Shown piece by piece: positions 51,176 to 60,277 of a DNA stretch of 64,000 bases. The notes below the pieces were generated by a model. The model worked only from the letters and a program-made list of their open reading frames with translations. It had not been told where the DNA came from and ran no database searches. The stretch comes from Clostridia bacterium (GTDB taxonomy: Bacteria; Bacillota; Clostridia; TANB77; CAG-465). The position numbers and the translations under genes are program-made. Numbering within the stretch: position 1 is the stretch's first letter; every line of letters starts with the position of its first letter. The stretch spans positions 2,348-66,347 of the forward strand of contig JAFXHJ010000012.1 of assembly GCA_017536445.1 (NCBI GenBank), in the 5' to 3' direction.

Positions 51176-52231
51176 CTACTTTATAACCCACTGTCCATTT
51201 CGTTTTCCGTTTTTTCTTTCAATTAATCCTTTTTCTTTCATCTGAGACATATGTGATTTTACAGTTCTTAAAGATTTATTAATTTCTTTTGCTATTTCAT
51301 CTTGTGTTATTGTTGGATTATTTTTTAATATATTTATAATTGCTTGTTCTTCTAAAGTGCAATTTTTGCACTTTGAATCGTTATTGTTTGCACTTTTTTC
51401 ATTATCTATATGCGTATATCTATTTTTCAATTCATAATTTGTATTGGTTAATAGATTATAAAAGAACTTTTCTAAAAACGATGTGTCTTCAAATATATTT
51501 TTTTCAAAGTTTTTGTAATTTGCTCTAACTAACGAATTTCTAAAATACCAAGAGTTTTCAGCAAAAACATCATCGTTGATCTTAAACCCAAAAGTCCTTA
51601 AATATTTTATTATAAACACAGCTGTTGTTCTTGTATTACCTTCACAAAACGGATGAACTTGCCAAATATTTGAGGTAAATCTACATAGGTGTTTTATAGA
51701 TTCATCTATGCTTAGGTCTTTATATGAAAATGCTCTTTCTTGTTCAAAATCATAGTTTAAAGCATCTATAATTGTTTCATAAGAAGAGTATATTACTGTA
51801 TCTTTATTTAATACCCATTCTTTTTTAGTAAAGTTATAATCTCTAAATACTCCCGCATTTTTATATATTCCATTAAATAATCTTTTGTGAATGTTTAATA
51901 ATTCTGCTACTGAGAAATTAAATGTATTTTCACTTAATATCTCTGTAATTCTAACCGCTACTTTATCTGCTTCTTCGTTTTCTCTTGTTTCTAATTTTCT
52001 ATTATCTATTTCTTTATAATATTCATCTATCCTATCCTTAACTTCTTCAATATCTATATTCCCTTCAATATGTTCTTTTGCTGTTTCTATTAAATATTTT
52101 GATGGTTTTAAGCCATCAACATCTTGAAGTCCTATAGCCGTTTCCCATACCTTAGTTTTTTCTACTTTATTTGGTTCACCTTGTTTTATATATTCTATTA
52201 ATTCCAAATTCCAATCTTTTTTGTTGTTCAT
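51176..52231 (-). CDS. Fic/DOC-family protein with C-terminal winged-HTH
   Basis: Fic motif HPFCEGNTRTT and a C-terminal DeoR-like wHTH (ITQDEIAKEINKSLRTVKSHMSQMKEKGLIER). RBS GGAGG before MNNKKDW. Confidence 0.8.
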   Translation of the reverse strand: MNNKKDWNLELIEYIKQGEPNKVEKTKVWETAIGLQDVDGLKPSKYLIETAKEHIEGNIDIEEVKDRIDEYYKEIDNRKLETRENEEADKVAVRITEILSENTFNFSVAELLNIHKRLFNGIYKNAGVFRDYNFTKKEWVLNKDTVIYSSYETIIDALNYDFEQERAFSYKDLSIDESIKHLCRFTSNIWQVHPFCEGNTRTTAVFIIKYLRTFGFKINDDVFAENSWYFRNSLVRANYKNFEKNIFEDTSFLEKFFYNLLTNTNYELKNRYTHIDNEKSANNNDSKCKNCTLEEQAIINILKNNPTITQDEIAKEINKSLRTVKSHMSQMKEKGLIERKNGKRNGQWVIK

Positions 52232-52291
52232 TATATACATCCTCCACACATATTATTATAGCATTTTTAATACACAAAGTCAATTTCAAAG

Positions 52292-52316
52292 TGCAAAAAT
52301 TGCACTTTGAAATATA
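52292..52316. promoter_or_regulatory. palindromic operator-like site in the fic upstream region
   Basis: TCAAAGTGCAA-AAA-TTGCACTTTGA: a perfect 11-bp inverted repeat. A half-site is repeated 25 nt further, and a related palindrome lies at 51357-51382 inside the fic CDS. Confidence 0.5.
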
Positions 52317-52444
52317 TGAAATTGCACTTTGAATATTAATTTATATATAATAACTTTTCTCTTCCAAAATCATGCCTACTCACTTAAATTTACGCAAAAA
52401 AGGGCTAACACCTTTAGGTGTTAGCCCTAATTTGAGACTTAAGC

Positions 52445-53959
52445 TTAATAATACTTTTTGATTCCATCAGAAGTGAGCATTACCGTTCTTCCGAACAAGA
52501 GGTTGTGTGTGGAGTTTACATCCGTCTTGTATCTTCTTACATAATTGCTCTTTGCTTCTACAGTGCCGTGGTTGAAAAGAAGTGCTTTTGCGTTTTCAAA
52601 CCTTGCAAGGAACTTATCCAAGTCTTCGGGAGGGATGTGCGAAGAGTAATAACCGAAGTTATACATCTTACACATGAGTTTTACTTTCTCACCCATATAC
52701 TCGATTTCAGTTCCACGAGGCAGATTTACGATGTTCCTTACATTCTCCGGGATATATGCTACAAAGATAAGCGTTACATTTTTGTTTGCAAGCATCTTTG
52801 CACCATACGTTACAAACGAACCTTGATAAAGTCTCGGCGATGTGCAGATAATCATCTTAGGTCCTTGCTCGGCTGCAACCAACTCGCGGTCGGTCTTGTC
52901 GATAATCCTGAAGTTTTCCGGAACATAGTCTGTGCCGTAAAGCTTTACATACTTGGAATGGCATTTGATACCAAAGGTAGAATCGAAATAGATTTTGAAA
53001 TCCTTGATTCCTTCAAATACATTTTCCTTTTGCATGCTTACAAGGTCTGCACAAACTTTCTGAGGTCTTTCAAGAGAGTTGGACATATACATTACTGTTC
53101 CACGCTTCTTGCGAACGTTTTCCAGAATCTTGATGTGTCTTTGTCTCTCTGCTTCATCATCGCGAGGCCCATCAGATGCTCCGTAGGTAGCTTCAGATAC
53201 CACAAAGTCAATCTTTTTACAAACCTCGTCAGGAATGATTGTAACTCCGCCGGTGACAGGATTTGTCATTCCCAGGTCTCCAGTGAACAAGAAGTTCAAC
53301 TCTTCACTTTCATCGAAAGCCCTTACGTGTACAAGAACTGCACCACCAATATGAGCATTCGGATAGAATGTGATTTCCAAACCTTCCGCGGGAGAAAACG
53401 TTTCAAAAGGTGCTACAGTGTTAACTCTATCTAAGCAGACATCAATGTCTTTTCTTTCAAAAATTAAAACCGGCATATGAGTTTCAGTTTTGGGCTTATC
53501 CTTGGTATATTCCCTACGCTGTTTATCTCTCTTGCCACGACCTTTCGAGTCCAGCTTTGCCTTACGCACTGCCTTCTTCTCCGCTTTGTACTTCTTAAGT
53601 GCAACGTCATATTCTTCCTGAAGTCTGTCACTTGTCTCGGACAAGATACAAGGAAGGAGTTGCTTAGTTTCCTCGGTAGTATAAATTCTACCCATAAATC
53701 CTTTCTTTACCAGGTACGGGAACCGACCAACATGGTCAGTGTGTACGTGGGTTGCGATTGCAAACGCGATGTTGCTTGGTGTAAAAACGAACTTTTCAGC
53801 ATTCCTTTCTAAATGTTCTTTTTCCTGGAACAAACCGCAATCGATTACAAACGAAAGTTCCCGACCATCCGGCCAGACAACCTTCACATGGTTGCAGCTA
53901 CCAGTGACTTCCTCAGAGTACGATGTTACATAAGCTTTGATTTTTAGTCTACTGTCCAT
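52445..53959 (-). CDS. beta-CASP family metallo-beta-lactamase-fold nuclease (CPSF/RNase J-like), compositionally foreign
   Basis: MBL motifs VIDCG, ATHVHTDHVG, NAHIGGA and FTGDLG. beta-CASP motif A VVSEATYG and C LFNHG. GC is clearly above background. Confidence 0.65.
   Translation of the reverse strand: MDSRLKIKAYVTSYSEEVTGSCNHVKVVWPDGRELSFVIDCGLFQEKEHLERNAEKFVFTPSNIAFAIATHVHTDHVGRFPYLVKKGFMGRIYTTEETKQLLPCILSETSDRLQEEYDVALKKYKAEKKAVRKAKLDSKGRGKRDKQRREYTKDKPKTETHMPVLIFERKDIDVCLDRVNTVAPFETFSPAEGLEITFYPNAHIGGAVLVHVRAFDESEELNFLFTGDLGMTNPVTGGVTIIPDEVCKKIDFVVSEATYGASDGPRDDEAERQRHIKILENVRKKRGTVMYMSNSLERPQKVCADLVSMQKENVFEGIKDFKIYFDSTFGIKCHSKYVKLYGTDYVPENFRIIDKTDRELVAAEQGPKMIICTSPRLYQGSFVTYGAKMLANKNVTLIFVAYIPENVRNIVNLPRGTEIEYMGEKVKLMCKMYNFGYYSSHIPPEDLDKFLARFENAKALLFNHGTVEAKSNYVRRYKTDVNSTHNLLFGRTVMLTSDGIKKYY
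52452..52550. repeat. direct repeat copy B (functional 3' end of the beta-CASP gene)
   Basis: See copy A. Confidence 0.85.
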
Positions 53960-54058
53960 ATACTATTCTCCTTTAATTATATTAGAGTAATTTTATATAC
54001 TACTGCCTTTATTTTAACATCCACAAAAACATATTGCAAGGAAATTTCACATATTTTG

Positions 54059-54439
54059 TCACATATTTCTAAAAAACTTTAAGCACTCTAAAAAGCTAGC
54101 GTTCCCACGCAAACCGCAGCTAATAATTACGGCATTTTTAATCTCATCTAAAACCTTTTTATCTACCCTTCCTATTCTTTCCTTTAACCTACTTTTATCT
54201 AACGTTCTAATTTGTTCTACAAGAATAATAGAGTCCTTCTCCAAACCATATTTATTTTTACTTATGCTCACATGCGTTGGCAATTTCTTTTTAACTCTAG
54301 AGGTTATAGGTAAAACTATTACTGTATTACTGTATTTGTTGCCTACATTGTTTTGCACAACAACAACCGGCCTAATTCCGGATTGTTCGCTTCCTACTAC
54401 CTCACCTAAATCTGCATAATATATATCTCCACGTTTCAT
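54059..54439 (-). CDS. mazF: MazF/EndoA-family endoribonuclease toxin, no cognate antitoxin gene evident
   Basis: MKRGDIYYADLGEVVGSEQSGIRPVVVVQNNVGNKYSNTVIVLPITS..VEQIRTLDK, very similar to B. subtilis EndoA. Own TATAAT -10. No MazE/NdoAI-like ORF on either side. Confidence 0.75.
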   Translation of the reverse strand: MKRGDIYYADLGEVVGSEQSGIRPVVVVQNNVGNKYSNTVIVLPITSRVKKKLPTHVSISKNKYGLEKDSIILVEQIRTLDKSRLKERIGRVDKKVLDEIKNAVIISCGLRGNASFLECLKFFRNM

Positions 54440-54462
54440 AATCCACCTAGTGTATTATATGC

Positions 54463-54500
54463 AAAAACATAAAAAAGAATAGACAAAAAGTCTATTCTTC
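54463..54500 (-). terminator. intrinsic terminator after paralog 2
   Basis: AAGAATAGAC-TTTTT-GTCTATTCTT plus a U-run on the minus strand. Confidence 0.65.
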
Positions 54501-54502
54501 AT

Positions 54503-54595
54503 AATTATTATGTTAATTATTCTTTTAATAAATTGTGTGCGCTTACGCTGGTGGTACTTGCCCCCACTTGCGCACGCCTTGCATTAGTGCCTCAG
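54503..54595 (-). other. conserved GC-rich structured 3' UTR element (copy 1)
   Basis: GTGCGCAAGTGG...CCACCAGCGTAAGCGCAC imperfect hairpin. About 90 % identical to 63059-63129, with the loop diverged and the stems conserved. Confidence 0.5.
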
Positions 54596-55621
54596 TTATT
54601 TTGTTAAGCTAAAATCATAGTCTCCTGTTCCCGCTGTTGCTGGGATACTAGATTTTAGACAAACTACGGGACGCACGCCATAAGGACCGTCGTAGAGGCT
54701 AAGGCCCACACTGTCACTTCCCGCAAGCACAACATAGTCATAGTAGTCAGCAGACGGAGACGCCAACCAATAGTAATAACTTGACGGTACATATAATCCA
54801 TCACTTGTTACTGATACATAACAGGTATTATTTATCTTGTATCCATATGTGTCTGTTGTTAGTGTCATTGTTGGCGTATAGCCTTTCGAATTCCATCCTG
54901 CTACTAATAGTTCTAATGTAGGGCTGCCTATTGCTCCTACTACATTTGTTCCATATGTCGTTGTATTTGCAAAGTTTGAATAATCTTTTATTAATTGTGC
55001 TACTGCTTGTGAGTTATATGATGTGCTTCCACTTACTGTATCTACTAATGTGTATTTATCTGCATCTCCTACTCTAAATTTTTCGTATAGTGATAGCTCA
55101 TCACTTGTTAGACTTGCTACTGTTGTTCCTTTATCTAATGTTGTATCTCCTATTGATTCTGCTGCTATTAGATATACATAGTCGCTATTATGATAATATA
55201 TTTGCCAATCGCTATATGTTGTTCCATCTACTGTTACAGAGTAATCTACTTTGTCTCCATAGTTAGCTGCTGTTATTAACGAACCTAATCCTGTTCCTGA
55301 TGCGGAGTTTTTATTTGTAACGCTTACTCCTGTATCTGTTACTGTTATATTCCAGTCATCTGTTGTTACTCCTCGTTCTGCTAATTTTGTTGTTACTTCA
55401 TCTATTAGTTCTTGACCTCTTAGATTATCCATATAGGCATCTGCCCACACCAATGCAGCTAAGTCTTGTACTTGTGATTCATTTGTTAAGTCTACTGCTT
55501 CATTTGCTCTGTTTATTACACCAGTATTACTTAGTGTTATTACTACACTTGCCGCTAATATTATCATTACTATTATTGTAATGACTAAAACTATTAAGGA
55601 TATACCTTGTTTCTTTTGCAT
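54596..55621 (-). CDS. DUF1566-like surface protein with prepilin-like N-terminus (paralog 2)
   Basis: MQKKQG-ISLIVLVITIIVMIILAASVVITLSNTG. C-terminus YYWLASPSADYYDYVVLAGS...YGVRPVVCLK. RBS AAGGAGG. Confidence 0.6.
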   Translation of the reverse strand: MQKKQGISLIVLVITIIVMIILAASVVITLSNTGVINRANEAVDLTNESQVQDLAALVWADAYMDNLRGQELIDEVTTKLAERGVTTDDWNITVTDTGVSVTNKNSASGTGLGSLITAANYGDKVDYSVTVDGTTYSDWQIYYHNSDYVYLIAAESIGDTTLDKGTTVASLTSDELSLYEKFRVGDADKYTLVDTVSGSTSYNSQAVAQLIKDYSNFANTTTYGTNVVGAIGSPTLELLVAGWNSKGYTPTMTLTTDTYGYKINNTCYVSVTSDGLYVPSSYYYWLASPSADYYDYVVLAGSDSVGLSLYDGPYGVRPVVCLKSSIPATAGTGDYDFSLTK

Positions 55622-55639
55622 ATTTTTCTCCTCCTTTTT

Positions 55640-55695
55640 GCATGCAAAAAAGCAAAGCAGCACATACCTTTAAGTATGTGTTACTTTGCTAGTTT
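55640..55695 (-). terminator. intrinsic terminator/attenuator between the XRE regulator and paralog 2
   Basis: AGCAAAG-uaac-ACAUAC-uuaaag-GUAUGU-gcug-CUUUGCU plus UUUUUU, ending about 25 nt before the paralog-2 RBS. Confidence 0.5.
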
Positions 55696-55858
55696 CTATT
55701 TTAATTTGAGGTGCAAAAAACGCCTCTAATGTTTGTTCATTAGAATTGATTGTGTGTGTATATGTAATCTTATAACTTTCAACGTTTTTCATCTTTTGTT
55801 TACCCCTTCTTTATGTATTTAATCTTATTATATATTTTATTTTTTGTAAATATTTTTC

Positions 55859-56533
55859 TTATTCTTTTATTATTTTGTCTATTAAAAAATATATAACTAC
55901 CATAATTAAAGATATTCCCATTCCAATATAGAATTCTGGAAAAGCAAATTCTATACTGTTTGCAAGGCTCATTTCTCCTGTTATGTTCATAATATGCCAA
56001 GTGAAAAATTTATATATTTCAGATGCTACAATTCCTATTACACCAACACCACCTAATATTTTGCCTATTATTTCTTTCTTAAACGGTAGCCATACACCTA
56101 GTAAAAATAATATTACAGATAATATCCCTATTGGATTTAATAAATTAATTAGTCCTGTTATTTCTTGTACACCTTTTAGCCCGCCATATTGATTCATTAA
56201 CATTGGTAGTAGGCTCATAAAGAATAATATGGTTAGTATTATTCTCTTGTTTTTTCTTTTTATATAGTTTGTGTAATCTAAAAGTGTTTTTGCAGATAAA
56301 TTAATTGATTTGTTTTTGCTAGTTATTTTTTCTCCTTTTAATAGTTCGTTAACTGTTATATTTAATTCTTCACATAGTATTTCAAATAACGAAACATCTG
56401 GCATTGTTTTTCCGTTTTCCCAACGACTTATTGATTTACTAGATACTCCTAATTTTTCTGCCATTTGTTCTTGTGTCATATTTTTATCTTTTCTTCTTTC
56501 TGCTATAAATCTTCCTATCTTTTCTTGATCCAT
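55859..56533 (-). CDS. membrane-bound XRE-family HTH regulator
   Basis: HTH MTQEQMAEKLGVSSKSISRWENGKT and four C-terminal TM helices. RBS AGAGGTGGA. Confidence 0.7.
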   Translation of the reverse strand: MDQEKIGRFIAERRKDKNMTQEQMAEKLGVSSKSISRWENGKTMPDVSLFEILCEELNITVNELLKGEKITSKNKSINLSAKTLLDYTNYIKRKNKRIILTILFFMSLLPMLMNQYGGLKGVQEITGLINLLNPIGILSVILFLLGVWLPFKKEIIGKILGGVGVIGIVASEIYKFFTWHIMNITGEMSLANSIEFAFPEFYIGMGISLIMVVIYFLIDKIIKE

Positions 56534-56629
56534 AATCCACCTCTTTCTAGTTTTTATTCTATAATATCTAACTAAAAAATAACAGGACACAAAGTGAGAA
56601 TTGACTAATTCTTCTATGTCCTGTTTGGT

Positions 56630-57706
56630 TTATTCTTCCCTCTTTAACATTTCATAATATTCATTTAGAATGTTTATTACACCTTCATATGTGTTTTCTT
56701 TGTTTATTCTATCTCTTGCAATACTACTATGTTTTAATCCTTTAAAATACCAAGCAATATGTTTACGCATTTTAGGTATTGCTACTTCTTCTCTTTCACG
56801 TAACACAGCTAAATCTAAATGTTCACGTATTACATTAAATCTTTCTTCTAAACTTGGTATATATTCTTTTCCTTCTATTATGCTTCTAAATATCCAAGGA
56901 TTTCCCATTGCTGCTCTACCTATCATAATTGCATCTACGCCAGTTTCAAACATCCTTTTAGCAGATTCTACATCTACAACATCACCATTTCCTACTACCG
57001 GAATAGATACGCTTTCTTTAACTTCCTTTATACCTTCTAAATCCGCTATACCTGTATAATACTGATCTCTTGTTCTACCATGAACTGTTAGCATGCTAAC
57101 TCCATATTTTTCACAAAGTTTAGCAACTTTAACAGCAGTCATTGTATCCTTGTTATATCCAAGTCTTGTTTTTATTGTAACTGGTTTAGTACTAGTTTCT
57201 GTAAGCGTCTTAATTATTTCTTCTACTTTGTCTAAGTCTTTTAGTAGTTCACTACCATCACCATTTTTTACTACCTTGGGTGCCGGACATCCCATATTAA
57301 AGTCTATAATATCTATATTCTTGTCTTCATTTAATCTTAACACTACTTGTTTTATAATATCCGGTTCACTACCAAATATTTGTATTACTTTAGGTTTTTC
57401 GTTTTCATACATATCCATTATTTTATGTGTCTTTTTATCTTGATATACAAGTCCACGAGTACTAACCATTTCTGTTGGAGAATATACCACGCCACCATAT
57501 TTGTTACAAATATATCTAAATGGTAAATCTGTAACTCCTGCCATTGGTGCTAAAAACACATTATGTTTTACAGGTATATTCCCAACTTTTATTTCCTTTA
57601 TATATTCTCTTAGTTCCAAACTAATTTCTCCTTTATGTTTGTTTTCTATTCTACAAATAAAGATTTTTGCCTTCTTCCGCTTATGCTTAAAAGAAGTCCT
57701 AAGCAA
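56630..57706 (-). CDS. dusB: tRNA-dihydrouridine synthase
   Basis: FLAPMAGVTDLPFR, TIM-barrel FMN site and catalytic Cys region. The true start is probably internal to the long ORF. Confidence 0.8.
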   Translation of the reverse strand: MLRTSFKHKRKKAKIFICRIENKHKGEISLELREYIKEIKVGNIPVKHNVFLAPMAGVTDLPFRYICNKYGGVVYSPTEMVSTRGLVYQDKKTHKIMDMYENEKPKVIQIFGSEPDIIKQVVLRLNEDKNIDIIDFNMGCPAPKVVKNGDGSELLKDLDKVEEIIKTLTETSTKPVTIKTRLGYNKDTMTAVKVAKLCEKYGVSMLTVHGRTRDQYYTGIADLEGIKEVKESVSIPVVGNGDVVDVESAKRMFETGVDAIMIGRAAMGNPWIFRSIIEGKEYIPSLEERFNVIREHLDLAVLREREEVAIPKMRKHIAWYFKGLKHSSIARDRINKENTYEGVINILNEYYEMLKREE

Positions 57707-58752
57707 GTAAAGTTTGTAAGAAGACTACTTCCACCATAGCTTACAAATGGTAATGGTATACCTGTAATAGGCATAAGACCAATCGTCATACCAATATTTT
57801 CTACAAAGTGGAAAAAGTACATTCCAAATACTCCAATTGCTATTAAACTTCCAAATCTGTCTTTAGAAGTTTCTGCTATCTTTAATATTCTAAGTAGCAT
57901 AAATACGTATGCTATAACTATTAAAAAGGATGCAACAAATCCAAATTCTTCAGATATTACTGAGTATATAAAGTCTGAAGATTTAACCGGCAAATATCCC
58001 CATTGAGTTTGTGTTCCTTTACCTAAACCTGTCCCAAATAACATTCCAGAGCCAACCGCTATTTTAGATTGTATTGCGTTATATCCTGCTCCTAGTGGTT
58101 CTCTTTCTGGATCTAAGAACACAAGTATTCTTTGTTGTTGGTAATCATTTAACACAAAGAAATATACAATTGGTACAAGTATTATTACTAGTAATATTAA
58201 TGCTATAACATATTTATAACTTAACCCAGACTTAAACATCATAAAGAATGTTATACTAGCAAAAACTATAGCTGTACCTAAGTCTGGTTGTAACATTATT
58301 AGTATTACTGGAATTGCAAACATAGCTCCTATTACTAATATGTTTTGCCATTTGTTAACTGCTTCTTTACCTTTACCCATATATTCCATATATTTTGCTA
58401 CAGCAAGTATATATGCTATTTTCATAAACTCAGATGGTTGAAGTAAAAAGCCGCCAAGATTAAACCAGCTGGATGCTCCGTTAATCTCTGGCATAAAGAG
58501 TACTACAACCAGGGCTACTAAAAATATTGGATAAGCCACAATTCCTATGCTTCCTGTTAAATGGTAATCTAGCATCCATGCAGCAAACATAACTGCTAAA
58601 GATATACCTACCCATACTATTTGTTTTACCCACTCATCGCTAGAGCTTGTACTATTCATCCCTGCACTATATATTCCGATTACTCCAATTACTACTAGGA
58701 CTATTACAAGTCCTAGTAATATATAATCGGTATTCCTAAATAAATTTTTCAT
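57646..58752 (-). CDS. rodA: FtsW/RodA/SpoVE-family peptidoglycan glycosyltransferase
   Basis: 10-TM SEDS protein, 368 aa. Confidence 0.8.
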   Translation of the reverse strand: MKNLFRNTDYILLGLVIVLVVIGVIGIYSAGMNSTSSSDEWVKQIVWVGISLAVMFAAWMLDYHLTGSIGIVAYPIFLVALVVVLFMPEINGASSWFNLGGFLLQPSEFMKIAYILAVAKYMEYMGKGKEAVNKWQNILVIGAMFAIPVILIMLQPDLGTAIVFASITFFMMFKSGLSYKYVIALILLVIILVPIVYFFVLNDYQQQRILVFLDPEREPLGAGYNAIQSKIAVGSGMLFGTGLGKGTQTQWGYLPVKSSDFIYSVISEEFGFVASFLIVIAYVFMLLRILKIAETSKDRFGSLIAIGVFGMYFFHFVENIGMTIGLMPITGIPLPFVSYGGSSLLTNFTCLGLLLSISGRRQKSLFVE

Positions 58753-58768
58753 ATATCCCCCTTATTTA

Positions 58769-60154
58769 TTATCCCTTAAAGAATGCCTTGTATGCTTTGT
58801 ATGTCATATACACATCTATTACAGATGCTACTTCATAAGGAGAATGCATAGATAAAAGCGCTGTACCGCAGTCTACTACTTCCACACCTTTTGCTGCTAG
58901 TATGTATGCAATAGTACCGCCGCCACCTTTACCAATTTTACCTAATGTCCCTAATTGGTAATTAACATTATTTCTTTCAAATAAATTCATTACATAAGAC
59001 ATATACTTTGCTGATGCATCATTTGCAGAATATTTACCACCGCTGCCAGTATATTTTTCTATAGATATTCCGCATCCTGCAATATTACCATTTTGTATAT
59101 CACTTAAATGGTCATGCATTGGGTCTACCGCTGCTGATACGTCTGCAGATAACATATATGAATTATCTAATGTTTGTAACAAGTCTTCTCTTGATTCTTT
59201 TCCTCTAAGTCTTAAAAGCTTAGTCATAAATAGTTCAAAGCCCATAGAGTTCATTGAAGTATTTCCTTCACTACCAATTTCTTCTTTATCTACTATTAAA
59301 GCTATAGCTGTTTTATTTAATGTTTTTCCTTCTTCAATTAAATTTAGCATAGCAGTAATTGTTGCATAAGCACATACTCTATCATCTTGGCCATAGCCTG
59401 CTATCATACCTTTGTCTATACCAATATATTTAGCGTCAAATGCTGGCACAAAGCGAATATCACTTCTTGCAAAATCTATTTCAGTAATACCGTATTTTTT
59501 ATTTAATGCCTTAAGTATTTTAGATTTAACTTTATCTTCTTTTTCATCTAAATCTGGAATTGAACCAACTAAAACATTTAAGTTTTCTGGGTCAATAAAT
59601 TCTGATGCTTTCTTTTCAGATTCTTCGCGACCAAGGTGTGGTAATAGATCAGTGATTACAAATGTAAAGTCGTCATCTTTTTCTCCTAATACAACATCTA
59701 TTTTTTCACCAGATTCGTTATATACAACTCCATACATCGCAAGAGGTATACTTAACCATTGATATTTCTTTATTCCACCATAATATTGTGTTTTCATTAG
59801 AGCCATACCATGTTTTTCAAATAACGGCATTGGTTTTGTATCTAATCTTGGGCTATCTATATGTGATCCAATTATATTTACACCTAGTGTTTCTGCGCTC
59901 TCTCCAATTATTGCTGCATATATACTTCTATCTTTATTTATATAATATATTTTGTCCCCTGGAACTAATACTTTAAAGCAAGAAATATCCTTAAAGCCAG
60001 CACCTTCTAATTCAGACTTTATAGCATCCACACATTTATATTCTGTTTTAGCTGCGTTTAGAAATTTAATATATTCATCTGCATATTTGTACATTTCTTC
60101 TTGCTCGAATTTATTTAGTTTTTCATATGAATTTTCTTTTTTGTACTTAACCAT
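58769..60154 (-). CDS. M18-family aminopeptidase
   Basis: About 460 aa with His/Asp/Glu metal-site motifs (GSHIDSPRLD). RBS GAGGTGGA. Confidence 0.7.
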   Translation of the reverse strand: MVKYKKENSYEKLNKFEQEEMYKYADEYIKFLNAAKTEYKCVDAIKSELEGAGFKDISCFKVLVPGDKIYYINKDRSIYAAIIGESAETLGVNIIGSHIDSPRLDTKPMPLFEKHGMALMKTQYYGGIKKYQWLSIPLAMYGVVYNESGEKIDVVLGEKDDDFTFVITDLLPHLGREESEKKASEFIDPENLNVLVGSIPDLDEKEDKVKSKILKALNKKYGITEIDFARSDIRFVPAFDAKYIGIDKGMIAGYGQDDRVCAYATITAMLNLIEEGKTLNKTAIALIVDKEEIGSEGNTSMNSMGFELFMTKLLRLRGKESREDLLQTLDNSYMLSADVSAAVDPMHDHLSDIQNGNIAGCGISIEKYTGSGGKYSANDASAKYMSYVMNLFERNNVNYQLGTLGKIGKGGGGTIAYILAAKGVEVVDCGTALLSMHSPYEVASVIDVYMTYKAYKAFFKG

Positions 60155-60277
60155 ATTCCACCTCACATATATTATTTTATTCTATGTTACATATTATACC
60201 ACAAAAGTGTGATTTTTCAACGAATTTAGGTATAAAAAGAATGAGCATAAGATAAAACTTATACTCATTATTTTACT

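Noticed and set aside
54440-54600. Tiny ORFs upstream of mazF as a hidden MazE antitoxin
   Set aside because: Only 13 to 15-codon reading frames without RBS inside the terminator and UTR hairpins. No SpoVT/AbrB- or RHH-like peptide possible.
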